Assembly (NCBI GenBank): GCA_050257775.1
Contig: JBLMXM010000027.1
Coordinates: forward strand, 1-46,490
Length of the DNA stretch: 46,490 nt
Reading direction: 5' to 3'
DNA from: Hyphomicrobiales bacterium
Lineage (GTDB): Bacteria > Desulfobacterota > Desulfobacteria > Desulfobacterales > SpSt-501
Shown: positions 1 to 8,507 of the stretch, piece by piece
How positions within the stretch are numbered: position 1 is the first letter of the stretch
Layout: every line of letters begins with the position of its first letter
Made by a program: the position numbers and the translations under genes
Notes under the pieces: generated by a model
The model's database searches: none
The model's input: the letters and a program-made list of their open reading frames with translations, nothing else
Told to the model about the DNA's origin: nothing

Positions 1-1
1 G

Positions 2-214
2 CTCGCTATAGAGCAAGAAGGCTACATTTCCAGTGAGACGCTGCGGAACATGAAAGATCCGCAAGAGTTTCTGGTGATCAGCACGTGGAGGTCTTTGGAA
101 GATTGGCAGAAATGGTTTAACAGCAGCCAGAGAAAGGAGCTTCACTCAAAAGTCGATGTGCTGTTAGAGGGGGGAACCACCTACGAAGCTTACCAATACG
201 GGTTCATGTCTTAA
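2..214 (+). CDS. ABM (antibiotic biosynthesis monooxygenase-like) domain protein, C-terminal part; 5' end lies outside the window
   Basis: Frame 2 is open from the window edge to TAA 212-214. It is absent from the ORF track because it has no start. Translation ...DPQEFLVISTWRSLEDWQKWFNSSQRKELHSKVDVLLEGGTTYEAYQYGFMS resembles small ABM-fold proteins. Confidence 0.55.
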   Translation, partial: LAIEQEGYISSETLRNMKDPQEFLVISTWRSLEDWQKWFNSSQRKELHSKVDVLLEGGTTYEAYQYGFMS

Positions 215-259
215 GAACCCGCGCAGCTGCCCGGCTCATCTTGGCATGGCACCTGTCAA

Positions 260-428
260 AAGTTACAGATATCAACCAGCGTAAAGCTATATTCATAAAT
301 TTCCGCCAAGCCTGTGATATCATCCGACGTATCACAAGGTGGTGGCTCCTTGTGAATTATTCGACACGCTGAAAAATTGGCTTGATCTTCCCCTATTGGA
401 AAAGATATAATCTGCGCAATCCGAGGGG
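260..428 (+). repeat. Copy A of a dispersed non-coding element (other copies at 25715-26048 and 28508-28735)
   Basis: AAGTTAC sits exactly 61 nt before CATCCGACGTATCA in both copy A and copy C. About two thirds of the positions between them are identical. Weaker similarity continues to ...TAATCTGCGCAATCCGAGG. Confidence 0.6.
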
Positions 429-737
429 GTCACTCCAGACAGCTACACGCACCATATCAGGTTTTTGATAACGTGAGGTTGACGGATTATATCGCTGGAC
501 CTGGCGGCTCAGGGTGTTCCGGTTTGGATTTGACATAAACAGGCCAGCGGGGGTAATAATAGAATATACGGAATAAATCTGTAATGATTTTATATTGTTG
601 AACGCTTGTAATTTATCCGACAAAACACCGACCAGCCATTTCTGAGATAGTTTCAATCAACCTCAAGAGTCTATGGCCCCCCCAATCTTCCGAAGCCGCA
701 ATAAATCGGCAATTCCCGGAATCGATACTTTAAAATA

Positions 738-2711
738 TCACCTCAGTCCAGCAGTGCTATATGCGTTAAAAAGGCGCTCATCAAAGGGCCCTGCTTTATT
801 CGGTGACAACTTGTATTCGTTTTCTAATGAAAAATTCGGGTTCAGTCGCAGTACATTTTGCGCCGCCCACTGGGCTTCAGCATGCTTGCCTGACAGTTCG
901 TACGCTGCGGTGAGCCCTTTGTAGGCAAGATAGGCGAAACGGGATTGAGGGCTTCGATCGATAACCTCTTTGAATAACGATATCGACTTATCGTATTGGG
1001 TAGTTCCCACCAGAGCCCATGCAAGCTGGACGACATAGTTAACCGGTTTGAAGGGTGCAAGCTGGATAGCGGTTTCGCAGACATCGACGGATTCTTTAAA
1101 TTCCTCCCCCATGAACAACGCTAGGCATAGCATGTAGTGGCGACCGGAATCGTTCGGTGCTTGTTGAACGGATTTGCGCCCATATACGATGGCGGTTTCC
1201 ATATCCTTTTTTAACCGGGCGATGCGGCTCAACGTACCATAGGGCGGATAATCCGGGTCCACAGCCAGTGCTTTTTGAACCGCCTGTTCGGCCTTTTCCA
1301 TGGGTTGTTCGCGCTGCGTTGTCAGGCGCAGTTCAATTTCATCCAAATAGGTATTGGCCAACCATGTGTAAGCCCTTCCGAACTTGGGATCGATCTGAAT
1401 CGCCTCCTCGAACGACTGGCGAGCTCTTTGAACATCCTCCGACCTGCGGCCAAGATGATAGTATAGACCTCTCAGGTAGTGTTCATACGCTTTCAGGTTA
1501 TTCGGCCTTGAGTATTTCAACGCTCCCGTAGCATAGCCGGTTATCTGCACATTCAGAAACGCCATCACATCCATGGCTATTTTGTCCTGAAGGGCGAACA
1601 GATCGGAAAAACTGCGGTCATAACTTTCCGACCAGATATGATTCCCATCGCGGCCGTCAATCAATTGAACATTGATGCGCACCCGGTCTTGGTCGTGTTG
1701 CACGCTGCCCTCAATCAGGTATTTCACCCCAAGCTTCGCTGCAATTTCCTGGGCCTGCATCGCTTTGCCCTTGAACGCGAAACTGGAAGTGCGGGCGGCG
1801 ACATAAAGGTACGGTCCTTGCGATAGACTGGTTAAAAGCTGATCTGCAACACCTTCGCTGAGATACTCCTGTTGGGGGTCGCCGGTTAGATTTTCAAAAG
1901 GCAAAACTGCCAAAGACGGCTTATCGATGGGCGGGTAGACCGAAAGGCTCAGATCTACCCTTTCGGCAGGCATTTTTGTTTTGTATGAGAAAAATATCCA
2001 CCCGATAGCGATGATGACTACCGTAACCGCGGTGGCCACCATAGCCCCCAGGCGCTTGTGAGACCTTTGGCTACGGCTCCCGTCCGTTTGTGATAGTTCA
2101 GTGGGTGCAGCTTCGTTTGGTTCAATTTGAAGCTGATCATTTCCGGACATGTTCCTGAGACGGGTTACAAACTCTTCCCAGGCCGTATTGTCCCGAAGAT
2201 CTCCAAGCGTGACGGAAATGTCATTCAATCCGACGGAAGCCGAATCGAATGCAAACTTGAAGCGCCATTTGTTGTTTTCATCGTAGCCGAAAAGCCCTGC
2301 CCAAACATCACACTCTTCTTCCGAGCATTGGTACCTGTATTTCCCCCCTTTCTCATAGGGGGAAACAAGCTCCCGATCGAGGACTTTAAAGAGCGCTGCC
2401 GCCTCAAGGTCCGGAAGCCGGTTGCGCCATGCCATTCTAATTTTTGCCCACATGCCCTCGACATGCTCGGATGCCTTCTTACCTGAGAGAGATTTATCAA
2501 GCAGGGTCAGGATTCTCTGATGCCGGCGAATGTGAACAAACCCCGGATTCCCTTGTTTTTTCGCCTCTGTAATGATCAGGGCAATCAGCGAAAGGTAAAA
2601 ACGCCTGGAAGGCGTATCAAAATGAACTACGAGAGGTGTTATAGAGCCTTGGATTCGAAGCGTGATTTTGTATTCAGCCAAATTACATTGAATTGCTTCA
2701 ACCTTTTCCAT
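738..2711 (-). CDS. Single-pass membrane protein: unassigned ~220-aa cytoplasmic N-domain, one TM helix, periplasmic TolB-N-like module, then TPR repeats
   Basis: 657-aa ORF with a hydrophobic helix (GAMVATAVTVVIIAIGWIFFSY). The LAVLPFENLTGD...YLIEGSVQ...VRINVQLID motif is typical of TolB-N-like modules that precede TPR regions. The C-terminal half has TPR-like periodicity. The N-domain matches no family I recognise. Confidence 0.75.
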   Translation of the reverse strand: MEKVEAIQCNLAEYKITLRIQGSITPLVVHFDTPSRRFYLSLIALIITEAKKQGNPGFVHIRRHQRILTLLDKSLSGKKASEHVEGMWAKIRMAWRNRLPDLEAAALFKVLDRELVSPYEKGGKYRYQCSEEECDVWAGLFGYDENNKWRFKFAFDSASVGLNDISVTLGDLRDNTAWEEFVTRLRNMSGNDQLQIEPNEAAPTELSQTDGSRSQRSHKRLGAMVATAVTVVIIAIGWIFFSYKTKMPAERVDLSLSVYPPIDKPSLAVLPFENLTGDPQQEYLSEGVADQLLTSLSQGPYLYVAARTSSFAFKGKAMQAQEIAAKLGVKYLIEGSVQHDQDRVRINVQLIDGRDGNHIWSESYDRSFSDLFALQDKIAMDVMAFLNVQITGYATGALKYSRPNNLKAYEHYLRGLYYHLGRRSEDVQRARQSFEEAIQIDPKFGRAYTWLANTYLDEIELRLTTQREQPMEKAEQAVQKALAVDPDYPPYGTLSRIARLKKDMETAIVYGRKSVQQAPNDSGRHYMLCLALFMGEEFKESVDVCETAIQLAPFKPVNYVVQLAWALVGTTQYDKSISLFKEVIDRSPQSRFAYLAYKGLTAAYELSGKHAEAQWAAQNVLRLNPNFSLENEYKLSPNKAGPFDERLFNAYSTAGLR

Positions 2712-2747
2712 AGCAGCACCTTGAAAAGATTGAACGAAGAAAAACTG

Positions 2748-2763
2748 AACCGTTTAAACGGTT
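2748..2763. promoter_or_regulatory. Perfect 16-bp palindrome AACCGTTTAAACGGTT in a divergent promoter region (candidate operator)
   Basis: Read directly from the sequence. It lies in the 144-bp gap between the divergent genes 738..2711 (-) and 2856..3368 (+). Confidence 0.4.
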
Positions 2764-2855
2764 ATACCCTTACGATCTATGATAATCAATGTTGGATCGT
2801 GGCTTAATGCTAAGTATCTCAACATTTCGATTTTATTTATTAAAGGAGGCACATT

Positions 2856-3368
2856 ATGAACCGGTTCATTATAATTGCCGTGACAAGCTTGGGCGTTGCC
2901 ATCGGTTGGGGCGGACACGCTTTTGCTCAAGTTGCGAAAGAGGTTCAATTTTCCGGAACGCATTATTATGGGCATACACCCAAGGTCTTCAAACTCGATC
3001 AGGACCAGATGATTATGCAATTTGAGACTCTTGGGGTGAGGGTCAACGACAGCGGAGAGGGTCCGTTCCATGAGGCATCGGTCCAAATCGTGGGCATTCT
3101 ATATAGGGGCAAAGATGGAAGCAGACTCAGAGGGTTCGAGACATGGACAGACAAGGATGGGGATAAACTGGTCTGGGAAATCATGGAAAAGAAAATTGCA
3201 GACCCACAGCCCGGCACCTCCCCCGGCACGGCGAAGGTATTATCCGGTACCGGAAAGTATGTCGGGGTGGAGGGTACAATAGACTGGATCTTACGGTTTC
3301 CAAAAGCGTTCCCGGAGGGCACCGGTCGCGGAATCTGTCGGGAGGATGTGAAAATTTCGAGCAAATAA
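2856..3368 (+). CDS. Secreted hypothetical protein (170 aa)
   Basis: RBS AAAGGAGG upstream and a signal-peptide-like N-terminus MNRFIIIAVTSLGVAIGWGGHAFA/Q. No family recognised. Confidence 0.7.
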   Translation: MNRFIIIAVTSLGVAIGWGGHAFAQVAKEVQFSGTHYYGHTPKVFKLDQDQMIMQFETLGVRVNDSGEGPFHEASVQIVGILYRGKDGSRLRGFETWTDKDGDKLVWEIMEKKIADPQPGTSPGTAKVLSGTGKYVGVEGTIDWILRFPKAFPEGTGRGICREDVKISSK

Positions 3369-3533
3369 CATTCTCTAAGACTCCACAGATTTTCTATTTA
3401 CCTGAGATACTTTATGCTTTTCACACAGGCGGCCAAAGGATTCAAGTCTGAAGCCTCTGATGGGTTTACATTTCTCTCTGGAGGCTCTTTCGATCTTTGT
3501 AAGGCGATTTCAATTACTTAAGGAGAATAACTC

Positions 3534-4679
3534 ATGAAAATCAGGTCGCTTTTCGTTGCAATAATTCTTGGCCTATCATTTCTGTCTGAATTGGGTTTGA
3601 CCACCTCAGTCATCGCCGGGAACACGACTATCTCAGCAGCTGGAGATAACTGTTTCGTTTTGAAATCAGATGGTACAATTTGGGCTTGGGGAGCAAACAA
3701 TAAAGGTCAGTTGGGCGATGGGACAACAGTCAACAAACCATCACCGGTTCAGGTTGGTAGTGACAAAGATTGGGTTTCAATTGCGGTGGGAACCTATTTG
3801 GGAGCTTATGTGCTTGCCATAAAGGCTGATGGCTCCTTGTGGGGATGGGGCATGAACGAGCATGGTCAATTAGGAGACGGCACAACCGCAAATAAATCTT
3901 CTCCCGTACGGATTGGAACGGCCAAAGATTGGGTACTTGTAGCGGCAGGAAATTCTCATACTCTTGCTTTAAAATCAGACGGAACAATGTGGGCCTGGGG
4001 ATTGAATAATATGGGCCAGTTGGGCGACGGGACAACGGCAAACAAGCAGTCACCAGTGCAGATTGGATCTGACAAAGATTGGGTTTCATTTGCCCTGGGA
4101 CGCAGTCATAGTGTCGCCTTAAAAAGAAATAATTCATTATGGGCATGGGGAGGAAACGCCAGTGGTCAGTTGGGGGATGGGACAAACGAAGCAAGAACAA
4201 CTCCCAAGCACATTGGAACGGAGAGCAACTGGGCTTCGATTACCGCAAACTATGACCAAACGCTTGCTACGAAAAAGGACGGAACCCTATGGGCCTGGGG
4301 ATACAACGGGAATGGACGGTTGGGGGATGGGACAATTGAAGGAAAAACGTCTCCGGTTCAAATAGGAAATGACAAAAACTGGGCTTTCGTAACCACCGGA
4401 TTCGTTCATACTCTTGCTTTAAAGTCTGACGGAACTCTTTGGGGGTGGGGAAGGAACCAAAGTGGTCAGCTGGGAGACGCAATAACCGCAGACAAGCATT
4501 CTCCCGTTCAGATTGGAAACGACAAAGATTGGGTCTCGGTTTCAAAAGGGTCAGCCCACACTATTGCATTGAAAAAGGATGGAACTCTTTGGGCCTGGGG
4601 AGCAAACAATAATGGTCAATTGGGTGACGGAACCACGGTAAATAAGACCACGCCGGTGAAGGTTAGCGGCAAATGGTAA
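3534..4679 (+). CDS. Secreted RCC1-repeat (7-blade beta-propeller) protein
   Basis: RBS AAGGAG and a signal-like N-terminus. Seven repeats with ~50-aa period carry W(A/G)WGxNxxGQLGDGT...SPV(Q/R)(I/V)G. The repeats are also visible at DNA level (GACAAAGATTGGGT recurring). Confidence 0.9.
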   Translation: MKIRSLFVAIILGLSFLSELGLTTSVIAGNTTISAAGDNCFVLKSDGTIWAWGANNKGQLGDGTTVNKPSPVQVGSDKDWVSIAVGTYLGAYVLAIKADGSLWGWGMNEHGQLGDGTTANKSSPVRIGTAKDWVLVAAGNSHTLALKSDGTMWAWGLNNMGQLGDGTTANKQSPVQIGSDKDWVSFALGRSHSVALKRNNSLWAWGGNASGQLGDGTNEARTTPKHIGTESNWASITANYDQTLATKKDGTLWAWGYNGNGRLGDGTIEGKTSPVQIGNDKNWAFVTTGFVHTLALKSDGTLWGWGRNQSGQLGDAITADKHSPVQIGNDKDWVSVSKGSAHTIALKKDGTLWAWGANNNGQLGDGTTVNKTTPVKVSGKW

Positions 4680-4739
4680 TTTGGTTCTGTCTCTGATTAT
4701 TGAAATGCCAACGCTTAACCGACCCACTATCTATCGCCG

Positions 4740-4800
4740 AAAAAAATAAAGGGAGTGAATTAGCGATATTGACAGCGTAGTTGTACTCGCACATTCACTC
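4740..4800 (-). terminator. Hairpin plus T-tract on the minus strand, possible terminator of the lrp-decarboxylase-MFS operon
   Basis: Minus strand reads GAGTGAAT-(32 nt)-ATTCACTC, an 8-bp stem, followed by CCTTTATTTTTTTCGG. It lies ~240 nt downstream of the MFS stop and the loop is long, so confidence is modest. Confidence 0.4.
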
Positions 4801-5038
4801 GAAGTGACAGTGATATTCAGGCCATACTCCATTATCCGCAGGTTTCAGGGAATGGATTTCGGCGAGGAACCCGATCTTTGAGAATTATCGGGTTATTGAC
4901 GGCGTTAGTCCGGTAATCGCAGGAGACAGTCATCGGGAAAAGCATGAATAACAGCCTTCCTGGTCGAAATTCAGATAGACCGTGTCTTTGAGGCATATTC
5001 CACACAAAGCGGTTGGCTCTGAGTGGGTGTTCCACAGA

Positions 5039-6328
5039 TCAAGAGCCTTTAAACCCCGGCCTCATTTTGCTGCTTGTTCGCCTCTCTGATCGTCTGCGCA
5101 TAAGGTTAGGGAGAAAGTACCAAACCAGGCATACGGCCTGAAGGGCCAGGAGAATGGCAAAGCTGGCGTGGTAGCCTTGGGAGGAGTAGTTTCCGGTGGG
5201 TGTTACAGGGAAAAGGGCGATGACGGCGCCGATGCCCCACTGGGCGGTGAAGGCGGCGACGAAGACCAGGACGTTGAGGCTGGTGCTGACCCGGCCGGCA
5301 AGCTGCGCGGGAAAGCTCATGGCGAGCGCCGGGTAAGAGATGACGCCGGCCGTTCCCATGAAACCGAAAAGGATCCATAGCTCCATGGCCCAGTTCACGG
5401 GCGCCACCATGAGCAGCGTCTGCACGACCATGAACAGGACCATCCCCCACACGGAGGTTGCCATCGGTGTGATGCCCGCCTGGTTGAGCCTTTCGGTGAC
5501 AAAACCGGCTATGATGTAGCTTGCCGTCATGGCCGCGGCGCTCCAGAATAGAACACCGGCGATGGCGGCACGGTCCATGCCAGCGATGTCCCGCAGCCAC
5601 GGACCGGACCACAAGCCGTATATGGACATGAACGCCACCTGGGATATGACGGCCAGCGGGGCCACCCGCCAGAACAGTCCGTTGGTGAACACCTGCCGCA
5701 CCCCTCTGAGCTGGTCGGCCAGCCGGATGACGGGTGCCTCCTGTCTTTTTTCAGGCACCCCCCAGAAGATGGCTGCGGCTACCAGCGCGCTCAAGACGGC
5801 CAGAAGCATGAAAACCCCTCGCCAGTCCGTGTAACCCAGCGCGTACTCCACCGGCAAGGTAGCCGAAAGCGCCCCGAAGCCCCCGGCAGCCAAGTGCAGC
5901 CCGTTGATCCGCGGCCATTGGTGGGCCGGGAACCAGAGGGTATAGGCCTTTATGGCAGCCATATAGCCGGAGGAAACCCCCAAGCCGATCAGCGCGCGTC
6001 CGATCGAAAGCCCCAGAAGGCTTGTGGCCCATCCGAAGGCCAAGGCACCTGTCGCGGCAAAAACCATCAGCCCCCCCTCGACGCGCCGCGGGCCGAACCG
6101 GTCCAGCAGGACGCCCAAGGGCAGCTGGAATGCGGCAAAGGAGATAAAGTAGACGGATGTGAGCAGGCCCAGGTCCGCCGGGCCGACCTGGAGATCCGCC
6201 GCCAAGTTGGGGGCGATGATGGCATTGACCACCCGGAACAGGTAGGACAAAAAATAGGCCAGTGCAAAGGGGATGAGCACCCGCAGCAGGGTCACAAGGG
6301 ATGATTGACCTGCCTGGGTCGCGTTCAT
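5039..6328 (-). CDS. MFS transporter
   Basis: 429 aa with about 12 hydrophobic segments. An MFS-like GVLLDRFGPRR loop follows TM2. Its start overlaps the upstream stop (TAATG). Confidence 0.85.
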   Translation of the reverse strand: MNATQAGQSSLVTLLRVLIPFALAYFLSYLFRVVNAIIAPNLAADLQVGPADLGLLTSVYFISFAAFQLPLGVLLDRFGPRRVEGGLMVFAATGALAFGWATSLLGLSIGRALIGLGVSSGYMAAIKAYTLWFPAHQWPRINGLHLAAGGFGALSATLPVEYALGYTDWRGVFMLLAVLSALVAAAIFWGVPEKRQEAPVIRLADQLRGVRQVFTNGLFWRVAPLAVISQVAFMSIYGLWSGPWLRDIAGMDRAAIAGVLFWSAAAMTASYIIAGFVTERLNQAGITPMATSVWGMVLFMVVQTLLMVAPVNWAMELWILFGFMGTAGVISYPALAMSFPAQLAGRVSTSLNVLVFVAAFTAQWGIGAVIALFPVTPTGNYSSQGYHASFAILLALQAVCLVWYFLPNLMRRRSERRTSSKMRPGFKGS

Positions 6329-7587
6329 TACAGCTTCAACACATCCGGATTGAAGGTGAGCGTGGCGAAGTGATCCTCGATGGTCTCTTCGCGACGGATC
6401 AGCTCCGCTGATCCGTCGCGCCGCAGCAGCAGTTCCTTGGGCCGCAGCCTGCCGTTGTACGTGAAGCCCATGGCATGGCCGTGGGCGCCGGTGTCGTGGA
6501 TGACCAGGAGGTCACCGTCCAGAATGGCCGGCAGCTCCCGCTGGATGGCGAACTTGTCGTTGTTTTCGCACAGCGAGCCCACCACGTCCACCGGACCGGC
6601 CGACTTTCGGTCAAGTTTCCCGGGGACGGTGATGTGGTGGTAGGCGCCGTACATCGCCGGCCGCATGAGGGCAGACATGCAGGCGTCGACCCCAATGTAT
6701 GTGCGGTAGATGTCCTTGCGGTTGATGGCCGTGACAACCAGGGCGCCGTGCGGGCCGGTCACGAAGCGGCCGCTTTCCATGAAGAGCCTGGGCGCGTACC
6801 CATGCCTCTCCTTGAACCGATGAAAAAGCCCGGTGACCTCAGCGCCCAAAGCGGCAAGGTTGAGCGGCTCGTCTCCGGGCCGGTAGGGAATGCCCAGGCC
6901 GCCGCCCATGTTCACGAAATCGAAACGGATGCCGAGTTCCTTCGAGACTCCCTCGATCAATTCGAAGAGCATCGCCACGGTCTGGACCATGAAGCTGTAG
7001 TTGCGCTCGTTGGACACTACCATGGTGTGAAGCCCGAATCGCTTGGCGCCACGACCGACAGCCTTGCGGTAGGCTTCGACGAGCTGGTCGTGGGCAAGGC
7101 CGTATTTGGCTTCGACCGGGTTTCCGATGATGGCGTTTCCGCTGCGCCTCGGCCCGGGGTTATAGCGGAAGCATATCAGTTCTGGAAATTTCGGGATTTT
7201 CGACACCAGGCTGATGTCGTCCAAATTGAGGATGCAGCCGCCATCGGCCGCCGCCACCTCGAACTCGCTCACGGCGGTATTGTTCGAGGTGAACATGATG
7301 TCTTCGCCCCGAGCGCCGGCGCTGCGGCTAAGGAGGATCTCGGGCGTCGAGCTGCAGTCAAAACCGAAACCCAGATCCCGCATGATCGCCAGAATGCGCG
7401 GGTTGGGCAGCGCCTTCACGGCGAAGTACTCGCGAAAGGACCCCACTCCGGAAAAGGCTTTCTTCAGGGATTCCCCGGTCGCGCGAATCCCTTCCTCGTC
7501 ATAAATGTGGAAAGGGGTCCCGAAGTGCGCAACCACCCTGTTGAGCACGGGATAGAGGCGCTGTTCAAAATCGGGCGACATCGGCAT
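6328..7587 (-). CDS. Fold-type III PLP-dependent decarboxylase (diaminopimelate / ornithine / carboxynorspermidine decarboxylase family)
   Basis: Motifs GTPFHIYDE, FAVKA (PLP lysine), MGGGLGIPY and GSLCENNDKF. Substrate cannot be assigned from the sequence alone. Confidence 0.85.
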   Translation of the reverse strand: MPMSPDFEQRLYPVLNRVVAHFGTPFHIYDEEGIRATGESLKKAFSGVGSFREYFAVKALPNPRILAIMRDLGFGFDCSSTPEILLSRSAGARGEDIMFTSNNTAVSEFEVAAADGGCILNLDDISLVSKIPKFPELICFRYNPGPRRSGNAIIGNPVEAKYGLAHDQLVEAYRKAVGRGAKRFGLHTMVVSNERNYSFMVQTVAMLFELIEGVSKELGIRFDFVNMGGGLGIPYRPGDEPLNLAALGAEVTGLFHRFKERHGYAPRLFMESGRFVTGPHGALVVTAINRKDIYRTYIGVDACMSALMRPAMYGAYHHITVPGKLDRKSAGPVDVVGSLCENNDKFAIQRELPAILDGDLLVIHDTGAHGHAMGFTYNGRLRPKELLLRRDGSAELIRREETIEDHFATLTFNPDVLKL

Positions 7588-7590
7588 GCT

Positions 7591-8076
7591 TCAGGCTCTC
7601 CTTTTCTTCAAATTCTGGATGACAGAATCATCCAGCGGAATTCGTCCGGTTTCCTTGTACGTGCGCATTGCAATCACGGTACGGGTGGACCCCACCTGGG
7701 GCAAGGCGATGATCTTCTCGCGGCGTAGGCGTTCCAGCTGGACGGTCTCGGCCACCCTCACCTTCACCAGGAAGCAGTCTTCACCGGCCACGTAATGGAC
7801 TTCCTGGACATCCGGTATGGCAGCCAGAGACTTGCCCAAATCCGACTCATCGCTGTCCGGCTGCGGGGTGACAAAAACGAACGCCACCAGGCTGCGGTTA
7901 AAGCGTTCGGGATTGAGGCGGACCTCATACCCGTCGATGATTCCCTGCTTCTCGAGCTTGCGCACCCGTTCGAGGACACCCGAAGGCGCCATGCCCACCT
8001 GCCGGGCAACCTCGATATTCGGCACCCTGGCCTTTTCCTGGAGGATCTTGAGAATCTTGATACTGATATCATCCAT
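7591..8076 (-). CDS. Lrp/AsnC family transcriptional regulator
   Basis: MDDISIKILKILQEKARVPNIEVARQVGMAPSGVLERVRKLEKQGII is a typical HTH_AsnC segment, followed by a RAM-like C-terminal domain. It ends 3 nt upstream of the decarboxylase gene. Confidence 0.9.
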   Translation of the reverse strand: MDDISIKILKILQEKARVPNIEVARQVGMAPSGVLERVRKLEKQGIIDGYEVRLNPERFNRSLVAFVFVTPQPDSDESDLGKSLAAIPDVQEVHYVAGEDCFLVKVRVAETVQLERLRREKIIALPQVGSTRTVIAMRTYKETGRIPLDDSVIQNLKKRRA

Positions 8077-8195
8077 GGTGGCTATTAAATTTCATTAACA
8101 TCAATTTTTTCAGATTAATATTTTATAAATATTGATATGTCAAGAACTATATTCTAATTTTTGCGTTATTATTAGAACTGGCCCGTTCAAGCCGA

Positions 8196-8264
8196 GTCAA
8201 GCCACTATCCTCTCTATCGCGTGAAGTGAGAATTGAGAAACCGCACTGTCAAGCCACTATCCTC
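8196..8264. repeat. Two exact copies of GTCAAGCCACTATCCTC spaced 52 bp apart (a third partial TCAAGCC just upstream)
   Basis: Read directly: copies at 8196-8212 and 8248-8264. They lie in the lrp / exeA-like divergent intergenic region. Confidence 0.6.
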
Positions 8265-8507
8265 GAATGTCTTGCACCTGGATAGCGGATTGACGCCGGC
8301 GCCTTTCAATTTCCCCTAATCAACGCTCAACTCAATTCATTTTGACTGTATCCGACCGGACGTAATCATGGCGCATAATTCTGCTCTATATGCTCGCGTC
8401 ACGACCTTCGGTTGACTTTAAAGCTTGAATTTCGACAAATAAATATGCGATACTTATCGGTGAATTCCCTTGAGTCGCCAAATATCGTTTCCGAAAGGAA
8501 GACGTCG

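Noticed and set aside
393-656. 87-aa ORF (-) in the intergenic region after the ABM gene
   Set aside because: It has no RBS and an odd composition, and it lies in AT-rich non-coding DNA next to the dispersed repeat. Most likely it is not a gene.
4832-5035. 67-aa ORF (-) directly downstream of the MFS gene
   Set aside because: It has no RBS and no recognisable family. It could be a gene remnant, but I cannot support that from the sequence.
6475-7728. 417-aa ORF on the plus strand
   Set aside because: It is antisense to the PLP decarboxylase gene. Its composition is Arg/Gly/Ala/His/Val-rich and unlike a real protein, typical of shadow frames in high-GC DNA. The opposite strand has clear family motifs.
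8366-8385. Sigma54-like promoter TGGCGC-N5-TCTGCT upstream of the exeA-like gene
   Set aside because: The GG-to-GC spacing is one nucleotide off the -24/-12 consensus, and the -12 element is poor.
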